A DNA stretch of 32,000 bases, taken from assembly GCA_046881885.1 (NCBI GenBank), contig JBKSMP010000003.1:1-32000 (forward strand), in the 5' to 3' direction. Below are positions 16,499 to 27,107 of this stretch, piece after piece; position 1 is the first letter of the stretch, and each line of letters starts with the position of its first letter. Under the pieces are notes generated by a model. That model made no database searches. It was given only the letters and a program-made list of their open reading frames with translations, and was not told where the DNA came from. This stretch comes from Opitutales bacterium (lineage in GTDB: Bacteria; Verrucomicrobiota; Verrucomicrobiia; Opitutales; UBA9783). A program made the translations under genes and the position numbers.

Positions 16499-17620
16499 TT
16501 ATTTAGGGGCGAGTTGTCTGTAAAGCAGTAGTCCAAAAGCCAACATGAGTAGATTCGGGAACCAAGCTGCCATAAGAGGCGATAGTGTGTTTTGTGTGCC
16601 CAGCATGCGTCCAATACTGCAGACAATATAGTAAACAAAAAACAAGCCAGCAGCCTTAGATACTCCTACCATAGGGTTTGTTCGTACTCCTTTTAGGGAA
16701 AAAGGAATTGCCAACAATACCACCATAAAGCAGATAAGTGGGCTCGATAAAATGGAATAATATTTAATCTGATGCTCTAGGAAACGAGGATGATTTTTCG
16801 GTACAAATGATAGAATTTCCTTTAATTCGTGTGCCCCTAAGTATTTTAGAGGTTTATGGATGAAAGTCATCAAATTGGGATTTTCAGAACATTTAAAGGT
16901 CCATTGTTCGAAGGGCATAAAACGTTCAGGTACATACGTATGCGTATCAAAAAACCAATGTTTGCCATTCTTAAAAATCCATTCGCGGTTTTGGGCATCA
17001 TAAGCGATGCTTTCAGCAGTAATACGTTCTGTTTCGTTTCCTTGTGTATTGATTTTAGATAAGCTTACAAATTTTCCGCAATTACTATATAAGCTAAATT
17101 GTGAAATATGCCACAAGCGACCTTCTTTAGCATTGTGCAAGCACAAATGGGATTGTACACCAATCGCATTGGCATTGCCTGTGCGTCGCTTTTGATCGTT
17201 GTAATCGATTTGTTGAACAATTTTTTGAGCACCATCAGATGCTTTTGGTAGTAGGTAGGCATTAAAAATCGCCATTAATCCCATCAATACGAATGCGGCT
17301 CCCCAAAAACTGCGAGTAATTTGGAAAACCGTCATGCCAGAGGCACGCATCGCAACGACTTCGTTATGGGCTTGCATATCATTTAAAACGTAGAGTACGG
17401 AAATGAAAAATGAAATAGGAAGTACCGTACAGAAGCAATTTGGAATGATGTAGGCGTAATATAAAAGTAGAGTTGAAAGGTCAGCGCCTCGCTCTAAGAA
17501 GTTTTTTAAGTTTTTGTACATGTCTTCAAGGAGCAAAATTCCAAGAATAAGCATGAGCGTCACACCGAAGGTTTTTAACCATTCTTTAAGGATGTAGCGA
17601 TCGATAATGATAAGTTTCAT
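16499..17620 (-). CDS. LPS export ABC permease, LptF/LptG (YjgP/YjgQ) family
   Basis: 373 aa. MKLIIIDRYILKEWLKTFGVTLMLILGILLLED N-terminus typical of the family. Three TM helices, a large periplasmic loop, then three more TM helices. Confidence 0.85.
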   Translation of the reverse strand: MKLIIIDRYILKEWLKTFGVTLMLILGILLLEDMYKNLKNFLERGADLSTLLLYYAYIIPNCFCTVLPISFFISVLYVLNDMQAHNEVVAMRASGMTVFQITRSFWGAAFVLMGLMAIFNAYLLPKASDGAQKIVQQIDYNDQKRRTGNANAIGVQSHLCLHNAKEGRLWHISQFSLYSNCGKFVSLSKINTQGNETERITAESIAYDAQNREWIFKNGKHWFFDTHTYVPERFMPFEQWTFKCSENPNLMTFIHKPLKYLGAHELKEILSFVPKNHPRFLEHQIKYYSILSSPLICFMVVLLAIPFSLKGVRTNPMVGVSKAAGLFFVYYIVCSIGRMLGTQNTLSPLMAAWFPNLLMLAFGLLLYRQLAPK

Positions 17621-17626
17621 ATAAAA

Positions 17627-18835
17627 TCAGCGTTCTAGAATGGCGACACATTCCATATGTTTGGTTTGCGGGAACATATCAAAGGGTTGAATACATTTAC
17701 AGGTATAATGTGGCGCTAAGGTTAACAAACGGTTTAAATCACGTGCTTGTGTATCGGGAGCACAAGAAATATATGCAATGACTTTTGGGTTATACGCTAA
17801 CAATTGCTTAAGAAAGTCTTCTGAAGTACCTTTGCGTGGCGGATCCATAATAACTAGGGACTGATCAGCAGGAAAGTGGACATCTTTGAAGATAGTTGTT
17901 GCATCTCCTGAGACAAAGGCACCATTGGTTAAATGATTTTCGCTCATGTTTTTTTTCGCTAAAACAATGGCTTTTTCATCAATTTCAATGCCTAAAAAAC
18001 GTTTTACTTGTTGAGCTAAGCAGATGCCAAAAACGCCAACGCCACAATACGTATCCACGAGGTATTGAATATCAGGCTTTTCTTGCAGATAATTTTTCAG
18101 GAAATTGAGGATGGCATCAAGAATGTATGGATTGTTTTGAAAAAAACTACCGGCAACAAATTGAAATCGTAAATCTTGAACCGTAGTCTCACAGGTAGCC
18201 TTGAAATTCGTTTGAACCCCATTTATGTCTTCACGTAAGAGTAAAGTTCCGTTACGAGCATCCGATTGTTGTATCTCTTGGCGAATTTCTGGTAAGTGGG
18301 CATTAATTGCTTCGCTAGCAATCGGACATTGAGGAACATCCACAATCTTTCGGCTGCCATTTTCCAAGAAGCCAATGGGGCAATGGGGGCCTCTTCGTTC
18401 GAAATGCGGGGTTAATTTGGTTCGATAAGCGTACGTTTTTTCAGAAGGAACAACCGGATTTACTTTTGTCTGTACCTTACCAATCCGTTCCATGCAATCG
18501 CTGACTTGTTGTTGTTTCCAACGCAGCTGTTCTTCATAAGACATATGTTGGTATTGGCACCCACCACACTGTCCGAATAAGGGACAACGAGCTTCAATTC
18601 TTTGTGGAGAAGGCTTTAGCACTTCTACCAAATCCGCCTCAGAGTAATTCTTATGATTGCGATAAATACGAACCCGAACCGTTTCTCCTGGAATAACGAA
18701 TGGAACCATTATTGTCCAGTTATTATGACGACCAATCCCACGTCCCTCATTGGTTAGGGTTTGAATCTCAATCTCAAGTTCTTCGTGATACGCAAAGGGT
18801 TCTGCAACAAATTTTTTCGGTGGTAATCGGTTCAT
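17627..18835 (-). CDS. rlmD: RumA/RlmD-type RNA (uracil-5-)-methyltransferase
   Basis: 402 aa. TRAM-like N-terminus, Fe-S cysteine cluster CPLFGQCGGCQYQH, SAM-binding VDTYCGVGVFG, and catalytic-Cys context YISCAPDTQARD. Substrate (23S rRNA versus tRNA) is not determinable by eye. Confidence 0.8.
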   Translation of the reverse strand: MNRLPPKKFVAEPFAYHEELEIEIQTLTNEGRGIGRHNNWTIMVPFVIPGETVRVRIYRNHKNYSEADLVEVLKPSPQRIEARCPLFGQCGGCQYQHMSYEEQLRWKQQQVSDCMERIGKVQTKVNPVVPSEKTYAYRTKLTPHFERRGPHCPIGFLENGSRKIVDVPQCPIASEAINAHLPEIRQEIQQSDARNGTLLLREDINGVQTNFKATCETTVQDLRFQFVAGSFFQNNPYILDAILNFLKNYLQEKPDIQYLVDTYCGVGVFGICLAQQVKRFLGIEIDEKAIVLAKKNMSENHLTNGAFVSGDATTIFKDVHFPADQSLVIMDPPRKGTSEDFLKQLLAYNPKVIAYISCAPDTQARDLNRLLTLAPHYTCKCIQPFDMFPQTKHMECVAILER

Positions 18836-19623
18836 AAAAGGCCTCTCGAAGAAGGTTGTTGGACGAAGTCTAGAAATGTTTGTCGGATGGTTTCAAAAGA
18901 TCCTTTTTCAGAGGATTTCTGAATGGTTTCAATGGCTTGTGTGCGGTTTAAGTTAGACTCATAAAGCTGTTTAAAGAGTTGCTTAATGTAGATACGTTCT
19001 TCATCCGAAAAGCCTTGCCGTAAAATACCGATACGGTTGTAACTCTTAGCGATGGCTGGTACCCCAAAGGCAATCATAAAGGGGGGAATATCCTTTTTTA
19101 GGAACGAATGTGCACTGAGCATGGCAAAGGTTCCAATACGGCAAAATTGATGGATCGAGGAGTTGCCACCGATATTGGCGTGATCTCCTACTTGGACATG
19201 CCCTCCCATAGCAACCTGGGCACTTACAATGATGTCATTTCCCAAGCAACAATCATGGCCTACATGAGAAAAAGCTAGAATGTAGTTGCGATCGCCAATA
19301 ACCGTTGCATCGCCGTCATTGGTGGCGGTATGAATGGACGTATATTCACGAAAGGTATTCCCATTTCCTATCTTTAGAAAACAAGTTCCGCCTTTATGTT
19401 TTAAATCATGCGTTTTAGCCCCAAGAAAACTATAAGGATAGATAACGTTATCTGTTCCCAATGTCGTATATCCATCAATCGTAGCGTGATGTTCAACGAT
19501 ACAATTATCGCCAAGCGTTACATTAGGACCTATAAAAGCATACGCACCAATTTGAACGTTTTTTCCTAATTGGGCTTTAGAATCAACAATAGCTGTTGGA
19601 TGAATGGCCATAGTAGTCTTCAT
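18832..19623 (-). CDS. lpxA: acyl-ACP--UDP-N-acetylglucosamine O-acyltransferase
   Basis: 263 aa. Left-handed beta-helix hexapeptide repeats (IHPTAIVDSKAQLGKNVQIGAYAFIGPNVTLGDNCIV..) plus a helical C-terminal domain. ATGA overlap with the upstream lpxC-fabZ stop. Confidence 0.93.
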   Translation of the reverse strand: MKTTMAIHPTAIVDSKAQLGKNVQIGAYAFIGPNVTLGDNCIVEHHATIDGYTTLGTDNVIYPYSFLGAKTHDLKHKGGTCFLKIGNGNTFREYTSIHTATNDGDATVIGDRNYILAFSHVGHDCCLGNDIIVSAQVAMGGHVQVGDHANIGGNSSIHQFCRIGTFAMLSAHSFLKKDIPPFMIAFGVPAIAKSYNRIGILRQGFSDEERIYIKQLFKQLYESNLNRTQAIETIQKSSEKGSFETIRQTFLDFVQQPSSRGLL

Positions 19624-20915
19624 TTATTTGCAATCATAAACATTAATTCTGCCGAAGAGACAAGCTTTTCTCCAACAAAACATTCCGCAGCTGCCTGTCC
19701 GATACGATTATTTTTGATTTTTAGCAATTTTACCTCTATGCGTAATTGGTCACCGGGTTGGACAACGTTTCGAAATTTGACCTTGTCGGCGCTCATGAAA
19801 AAAGCAGCAGTTGTTTTTTCAGAAGATTCTAGCGCAATGCCCATCAACAGACCTGCGGCTTGTGCCATAGCTTCCAATTGTAATACGCCTGGGAAAACAG
19901 GGTTTTCCGGAAAGTGCCCTGTAAAACACGGCTCATTAATACTTATGTTTTTTATGGCTACGAGCGTATCCTGGGTAGCACTTAGGACGCGATCGACTAA
20001 GATAAAAGGATAACGATGTGGCAGGCGTTTTAAAATCTCATGAATATCGAGTAGAGCTTCCGTTGGTGTTTCTAGTTCTGGGGCAACTTCTTGCTGTTCT
20101 TGTTCCCAAAGCGTTTTTGTAAGATCGGCATTGAGCGCATGACCTGTCTTAATGGCAATTACGTGACCTTTGATAGGATTGCCTAAGAGGGCTAAATCGC
20201 CAATAATGTCTAAAATTTTATGACGAACAAACTCATCATTGTATCGCAAGGGTTCGTTCGATAAAATTTTATCACCTTTAATCACGATTGCGCAATCTAA
20301 AGTTCCACCTTTGATTTTACCCATTTTTATAAGGGGTTCAATATCTTCATAAGCGGTAAACGTACGCGCATTAGCGATCTCATGACGGTAGGTTTCGGGA
20401 TCAATTTCAAGTGAAAGATATTGTGTATGGGTTTTACGGTCGTCTGTTGAGGTACACGTGATTTTAAAGGAATCATGCGGGAAAATGGCAATGGATCGAT
20501 CGCCTTTAGTTATAGAAATAGGCTCTGTAATTTCCCAAATAACCTTTTCAGCTTCTTGATTTTCAATGCCGGCAGCAAGAAAAGCTTCTACCCAAGGTTT
20601 TGCGGAACCATCTAAAATCGGAATTTCATTACCATTGACTTCGATCAATGCGTTATCAATACCTAAGCCATAAAGTGCACTAATAAGGTGTTCTACGGTG
20701 TAAATTTTAACACCTTCTTTGGCTAAAGTTGTTCCACGAATTAATTCATCGATATATTGAATTGTCGCAGAAATGCAAATGTCATTATTGGACTTAAGTT
20801 TAAACACAAGCCCATGATTTGCTTCAGCTGGATAGACACATACCTCTACATCTTGACCGGTATGTAGGCCACGACCTGCTAATTTAACTGTATTTTTTAA
20901 AGTTTTTTGTTTCAT
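19620..20915 (-). CDS. lpxC: bifunctional UDP-3-O-acyl-GlcNAc deacetylase / 3-hydroxyacyl-ACP dehydratase (LpxC-FabZ fusion)
   Basis: The N-terminal ~290 aa is LpxC (MKQKTLKNTVKLAGRGLHTGQDV.., HKILDIIGDLAL). The C-terminal ~140 aa is FabZ (LPHRYPFILVDRV.., FTGHFPENPVFPGVLQLEAMAQ). The ORF track extends to 20948, but the LpxC consensus N-terminus begins at the ATG at 20915, which also removes the overlap with the HIT gene. Confidence 0.93.
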   Translation of the reverse strand: MKQKTLKNTVKLAGRGLHTGQDVEVCVYPAEANHGLVFKLKSNNDICISATIQYIDELIRGTTLAKEGVKIYTVEHLISALYGLGIDNALIEVNGNEIPILDGSAKPWVEAFLAAGIENQEAEKVIWEITEPISITKGDRSIAIFPHDSFKITCTSTDDRKTHTQYLSLEIDPETYRHEIANARTFTAYEDIEPLIKMGKIKGGTLDCAIVIKGDKILSNEPLRYNDEFVRHKILDIIGDLALLGNPIKGHVIAIKTGHALNADLTKTLWEQEQQEVAPELETPTEALLDIHEILKRLPHRYPFILVDRVLSATQDTLVAIKNISINEPCFTGHFPENPVFPGVLQLEAMAQAAGLLMGIALESSEKTTAAFFMSADKVKFRNVVQPGDQLRIEVKLLKIKNNRIGQAAAECFVGEKLVSSAELMFMIANK

Positions 20916-20932
20916 TTTTTTGTTATAAGGAT

Positions 20933-22493
<1,561 letters not shown>

Positions 22494-22535
22494 TTTATTT
22501 CCTCCTATTAATAACGTTGACCTTTATTTTATAAT

Positions 22536-22808
22536 ATGCTTTTTTCTAAAATAGACATTATGGAGCCTAAGAAAAGAAAAAAAACGCTCTCTTTTGAAAA
22601 TTCTATAGAAAAGTTAGAAGCAATCGTAACTTCATTAGAATCAGGAGAAGTGCCTTTAGACCAATTAGTAGAGACTTATAAAGAAGGTTTAACCTATTTA
22701 CATATTTGTCAGTCACACTTAGATCGTGCTTCCATCCTTTTAGAAACCTTAGATGAAAAAGGAAGTTCGAAGGCTTTAACTTTGAGTGATGAGAACGGGT
22801 CTATTTAA
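22536..22808 (+). CDS. xseB: exodeoxyribonuclease VII small subunit
   Basis: SFENSIEKLEAIVTSLESGEVPLDQLVETYKEGLTYLHICQSHLDRA matches the XseB family. The more likely start is the ATG at 22560 (MEPKKRKK..). Confidence 0.85.
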   Translation: MLFSKIDIMEPKKRKKTLSFENSIEKLEAIVTSLESGEVPLDQLVETYKEGLTYLHICQSHLDRASILLETLDEKGSSKALTLSDENGSI

Positions 22809-23364
22809 TACCGTCTTAAATGCTTTACGACCTCTTTTTAAAATTGAAGGGCAGAAGCAAGGTCTTGTCTGTGATATTGACACAAATAAAATGTTTTTAT
22901 GCCGCTTTTTGGGGCCTGGTGTTCAAATATGCGATCAATTTATTTTTTCTTACAGTCGGGCTCCTTTATGTAATCTAGAAAATAGCCTAGGAACGCCTTT
23001 GGGATTACATGTTGTTTGTGAAAAAATAGGTGATGGAGTACCTGTAAATGGTGAATTTATTGCTCGGAAATTTACAGGACAAATCATTCCAATAGCAAAA
23101 TCAGAAAATGAAAAAACACGTATAACCACGCGTATAGTACGTTTGCAAGGGATGCAATGGGGGATTAATAGAGGTATTGATTTAGTAACCCATCGATCTT
23201 GTGATACTTATAAACGTTGTGTTTACATCCATGGAACCAATTTGGAGAATTTTATACCTAAAGCTTTATCGCATGGTTGTTTGTGTTTAAAAACTTCGGA
23301 TTTATTGCGCTTATTTTCGCAAATAAATATCGGTGATTTTTGTTTAATACTATCTGTAAAATAA
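22786..23364 (+). CDS. YkuD-type L,D-transpeptidase catalytic-domain protein
   Basis: 192 aa. GTPLGLHVV.. followed by the catalytic His/Cys motif YIHGTN....LSHGCLCL. No convincing signal peptide is visible. The start overlaps the xseB end by 23 nt. Confidence 0.75.
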   Translation: MMRTGLFNTVLNALRPLFKIEGQKQGLVCDIDTNKMFLCRFLGPGVQICDQFIFSYSRAPLCNLENSLGTPLGLHVVCEKIGDGVPVNGEFIARKFTGQIIPIAKSENEKTRITTRIVRLQGMQWGINRGIDLVTHRSCDTYKRCVYIHGTNLENFIPKALSHGCLCLKTSDLLRLFSQINIGDFCLILSVK

Positions 23365-23448
23365 ACTTATTACAAAGAGCTTAATTAAAAAGAGATTGCT
23401 TTTCCTTTGGAAAAGTTTATTCTTAATTGCTATTAACTTGCGAATTTT

Positions 23449-24243
23449 ATGATGAAGCACACTCTTTTAATCAGTTTTATTGTTATAAATACACTACTTT
23501 ATGGAATCGATATTGCTTGTTTAAAGCAAAATAAGATTTTTTATTTTTTAGATGGAGATAAGGGCTGTATTAATAAAATTAATGTATACAGCAGGAACAT
23601 AGATCCTTTGACTATTGATAAAGTTCCTTTGTTTTTAACCGATTTTTGTTGGGGTAGGGAGCCGACTTATATTTTTTGTGAAGATAAGAAAATCTACAAT
23701 AGCAATAGTTTTCAGGTGAAATCTTTATTAAGTTCTGCTGGTAAAAAATGTATTTATATTACCTTGCAAAACGAAGGTTTGGGTCAAAATCCGCACACAA
23801 TTACTTGTTTATTTCCTAATTGGCCAGGTTTGGATTCTGTTTCTAATACCGCAGCTTATGATTCAAATAGAGGCATTATGTTATTTCCATTGATTCCCAA
23901 AAATCCAAAGTGGTATACCAAGCCGAAAGTAACGATTTATACTGATTTTTGGGATGAATTAAATAATTTTGTTTTAGGTGAAGAATATATTGAAATGACC
24001 TTTAACGCTGGAACGCAAGGACATTTATGTATAGCTTTACCATGTTTAGTAAATTTCCATGAAGATATTTTATCCTTTTTTTGTCCCATGAAGAATGCAG
24101 GATTTTCGTTGAATTTACAGACGAGTATCGTTTATTTTTCAGATCAATTGCGTGTTGTTACACCTCCTAAAAAATTTACTTTTTGTATGGATATATGGAC
24201 ACCTCGAACGCAAGTAAAAGGTATAAGTGTGCACGTTTTTTAA
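23449..24243 (+). CDS. hypothetical secreted/membrane-anchored protein, paralog A of a tandem pair
   Basis: 264 aa. Hydrophobic N-terminus (MMKHTLLISFIVINTLLYG). Shares ordered motifs with the next ORF (FPNWPGLDS; MLFPLIPKNP; FSLNLQ). No recognisable domain. Confidence 0.7.
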   Translation: MMKHTLLISFIVINTLLYGIDIACLKQNKIFYFLDGDKGCINKINVYSRNIDPLTIDKVPLFLTDFCWGREPTYIFCEDKKIYNSNSFQVKSLLSSAGKKCIYITLQNEGLGQNPHTITCLFPNWPGLDSVSNTAAYDSNRGIMLFPLIPKNPKWYTKPKVTIYTDFWDELNNFVLGEEYIEMTFNAGTQGHLCIALPCLVNFHEDILSFFCPMKNAGFSLNLQTSIVYFSDQLRVVTPPKKFTFCMDIWTPRTQVKGISVHVF

Positions 24244-24282
24244 TAAATTTTAGGATTATTTGTAGTTTTTAACTTAGAAATT

Positions 24283-25020
24283 ATGAAAAAAAATATACTG
24301 CTTATCGTATCGTTGTTAACCCTTAATCTTAACTTACATGCTGGTAAATTATTAAAATACTTTTTTGATCCATCGACAGCAGCCTTTGCAGATCGACAAG
24401 GGGCACCTATACCTATTAATGGTAATTTTTTTCTATTGCCCAATGAAATTGTAAGTAATAAGAAAATGCTTTCATTGATCAATGTAGATTCACAAAAATG
24501 GTTTGGTCTTTCAAGTTATCACATTAAAACTTTAGCAGAACACCAAGGAAAAATAGGATTTCTTATGGGATTTAAAACCAAAGCAGGAGATAACGGTGTA
24601 AGAATTGTTTTTTATTTTGACCAATGGCCGGGATTAAGTAATCTACCTTCTTATTTTTCGCAAGAAGTAAAAGGGGTTATGTTTTTCCCTTTTTTCCCTA
24701 AAGAGCCTAGTGTTGATTTTGTTTATTTACAAAAGCATGTTAAAGTGCCGTGTGTACAAGCTAAATCTTGGGAAGTTTTACCGCCGTATAAGAGTGTAGC
24801 TTTCCCTTGTTATGTTCTTTTTGAGCGAGATAGACTTGTTTTTAGCATGTCTCCTAATGGTCCATATTTTACCTTAAACCTAGAAGGCAAAGAGGCCGTT
24901 TTTCAGCGAACATTTACTAGGAAATCAAGAGATGGTAAAACTACTTGTACGAGCGGGCCAGTGGGGATAACCAAGGCTTACAAATTAAGTACGTTTAATG
25001 TGAATATATATGAAAATTAG
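24283..25020 (+). CDS. hypothetical secreted protein, paralog B of a tandem pair
   Basis: 245 aa. Signal-peptide-like N-terminus (MKKNILLIVSLLTLNLNLHA|GK). Motifs FDQWPGLSN, MFFPFFPKEP and FTLNLE parallel those of the preceding ORF. Confidence 0.7.
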   Translation: MKKNILLIVSLLTLNLNLHAGKLLKYFFDPSTAAFADRQGAPIPINGNFFLLPNEIVSNKKMLSLINVDSQKWFGLSSYHIKTLAEHQGKIGFLMGFKTKAGDNGVRIVFYFDQWPGLSNLPSYFSQEVKGVMFFPFFPKEPSVDFVYLQKHVKVPCVQAKSWEVLPPYKSVAFPCYVLFERDRLVFSMSPNGPYFTLNLEGKEAVFQRTFTRKSRDGKTTCTSGPVGITKAYKLSTFNVNIYEN

Positions 25021-25024
25021 AATG

Positions 25025-26131
25025 CTATTTCTTTAGCCTTTGAGGAAGTGGTTTTGTAATGGAAAAACTTTCTTCAAAGAGTAAGAAAAGTTGACGTTGT
25101 AGGACTTTGCCGATAAAAGGATTACCTCGATTATCCCATTCAAGCGTATTGCGATTGCCATGACGAGTACATTCATTGCGATCGCTATAATTAATAGAAA
25201 ACTTTTGCGTTATCGAGTGGTATAATGGGGTCCATTTTAGAGGGACTCCTAGCCAATTAAAAGCGGTTTTCCAACCTTGAAGCTTTTTTTTGTTGTCGAT
25301 AGGGCTTACTAATAAACTAGGGTTTTGTTTTATAAATTCGGGAACTTTTGAAGTTGCAATCGTGCATTCAAATGCAATCGTTTGTTCTTTGATGAATTCA
25401 GAAAATGGTTTACCTAGACGATAAAAGGCTAGAGGATCTAAACCTACTAAATTAAGTCCATTCCAAGCTCCATGGTAATTAGGAGTTCCAAATTTTTGCA
25501 TCCGATACCAATGAGCAAAAGATGTTTCGGACCCTAATTGTAAACCAATTTCGAAATGTAAATGGGCTAGATGTATGGGGATTTTAAAATTGGAGGTATT
25601 GCCTAGGGTTCCCAGTAAAGTTCCTTTGTTGATGGATTGATTGGTTTTTAATGTGTTTGAAATAGATGCAAGATGGGCATAAAGCGTATAAAATTGCAGA
25701 CCAGCTTCGTTATGTTTTAAAATGATGTAATTACCATAAGCACTTCGTCCAGGTTTGGCATTGATATAGGCAATTTTTCCTGGAAGTATGGCATAAACAG
25801 AATCTAAAGGTATTTGTTTGCGAGTACGTTTGATGGCTTTTATGTCAATACCTTCGTGAAACTTATGTCCATTGTTCCGAACACAGCCAAAAGTTCCTGA
25901 TTCAGGTTTTCCAGAGGCAGTTGCTTGAATATAACACGCTAAACCTTGACCTTGTTCAAAGGCTTTGTTGTCGGTTGGCCAACGAGGGGATTCAAGAGTT
26001 AAAGCAGGTTTTACTTGAGTTGATGTCGGTTGTTTTATGGTTGAAGAGGCTCCTTGGCAATAAAAAGTAAAAAGGTAGATTGACGTAGCAAAAAATTTTA
26101 GGCAAAACTTTACCATAGTATTAATCATCAT
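25025..26131 (-). CDS. M23 family metallopeptidase (peptidoglycan endopeptidase-like) with a C-terminal extension
   Basis: 368 aa. Signal-like N-terminus, M23 motifs HKFHEGIDI (HxxxD) and AHLHFEIG (HxH), then ~150 aa of unknown C-terminal sequence. The start could be the internal Met at 26116 (MVKFCLKFF..). Confidence 0.85.
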   Translation of the reverse strand: MMINTMVKFCLKFFATSIYLFTFYCQGASSTIKQPTSTQVKPALTLESPRWPTDNKAFEQGQGLACYIQATASGKPESGTFGCVRNNGHKFHEGIDIKAIKRTRKQIPLDSVYAILPGKIAYINAKPGRSAYGNYIILKHNEAGLQFYTLYAHLASISNTLKTNQSINKGTLLGTLGNTSNFKIPIHLAHLHFEIGLQLGSETSFAHWYRMQKFGTPNYHGAWNGLNLVGLDPLAFYRLGKPFSEFIKEQTIAFECTIATSKVPEFIKQNPSLLVSPIDNKKKLQGWKTAFNWLGVPLKWTPLYHSITQKFSINYSDRNECTRHGNRNTLEWDNRGNPFIGKVLQRQLFLLFEESFSITKPLPQRLKK

Positions 26132-27107
26132 GACATCTGCCCTTAAAAGTCAAATCAATAAAATTTTAGACAAAATTCCATCGCTTAACATTTTAGTGGT
26201 AGGCGATTGTATGTTAGATCATTATTTATGGGGGGATGTACATCGTATTTCACCGGAAGCGCCTGTTCCTGTTGTTAAAATAGAGCGTGATACCTATCGT
26301 TTAGGAGGGGCTTGTAACGTAGCTTTAAACCTGAAGAGTTTAGGTGCTCAAGTGGAATTAATGGGACCTATGGGAAAAGATGCGGCAGGCTCACAAATGC
26401 AGCAATTATTAAAGGATGCTGCGATAAGAGTGGATACGGCTAATTTTCGTGAAGATTTGACGAGTGTGGTTAAATCGCGTGTTATTGCAAGAAATCAGCA
26501 ATTGTGTCGTTTGGATCGTGATACAATTTTAGAAGAAACCGCAACGGCATATTTTGAAGAAATTTTAGAAGAAAAAGTTGAGAATGTGGATGCAGTTCTT
26601 GTTTCAGATTATGCAAAGGGAGCCGTTACACAGCGTTTATTGGATCGTTTGGTGGCATTAAAACAACAGTATTCTTTTTTCTTAGCGATGGATCCTAAGC
26701 CTACACATGCGTTGAGCTATAGTGGTTTGGATCTTTTAAAGCCCAATCGTTCTGAGGCTTTATTGTTGAGTGGTTTGACGTCTGGAAGTGCCGTTTCTGT
26801 TCAAAAGGTTGCTGAGCTTATTAGGCAAAAATATGCTATTCAAACTTTAGCCATTACCTTAGGAGAAGAAGGATTGGCTTTATCTTCTTTGGAAAATTCT
26901 TGTCAGATTTATCCCACACTTTCACGGGAAGTTTTCGATGTTTCTGGGGCAGGAGATACCGCATTGGCGGCCCTTACATTGGCTTTTTGTACAGAAGTTT
27001 CGGAAGAAGCTGCTGCATTTTTTGCTAATTGTGCTTCAAGTGTGGTGGTTGGAAAGTTGGGAACAGCTACAGTTACTCCGGAGGAGATTTTGAATGAGAT
27101 TGCATAA
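26130..27107 (+). CDS. hldA: D-glycero-beta-D-manno-heptose-7-phosphate kinase (stand-alone HldE domain I / HldA type, PfkB family)
   Basis: 325 aa. ILVVGDCMLDHYLWGDVHRISPEAPVPVV is the RfaE/HldE domain-I signature. PfkB C-terminal motif DVSGAGDT. No adenylyltransferase domain is attached. Confidence 0.85.
   Translation: MTSALKSQINKILDKIPSLNILVVGDCMLDHYLWGDVHRISPEAPVPVVKIERDTYRLGGACNVALNLKSLGAQVELMGPMGKDAAGSQMQQLLKDAAIRVDTANFREDLTSVVKSRVIARNQQLCRLDRDTILEETATAYFEEILEEKVENVDAVLVSDYAKGAVTQRLLDRLVALKQQYSFFLAMDPKPTHALSYSGLDLLKPNRSEALLLSGLTSGSAVSVQKVAELIRQKYAIQTLAITLGEEGLALSSLENSCQIYPTLSREVFDVSGAGDTALAALTLAFCTEVSEEAAAFFANCASSVVVGKLGTATVTPEEILNEIA

Noticed and set aside
22536-22559. N-terminal 8-aa extension of XseB (MLFSKIDI) and a TATAAT at 22530-22535 directly abutting that ATG
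   Set aside because: The XseB family consensus begins near MEPKKRKK..SFE (ATG 22560). The nearby TTGACC (22517-22522) is only 7 nt from the TATAAT, so no properly spaced promoter could be supported.
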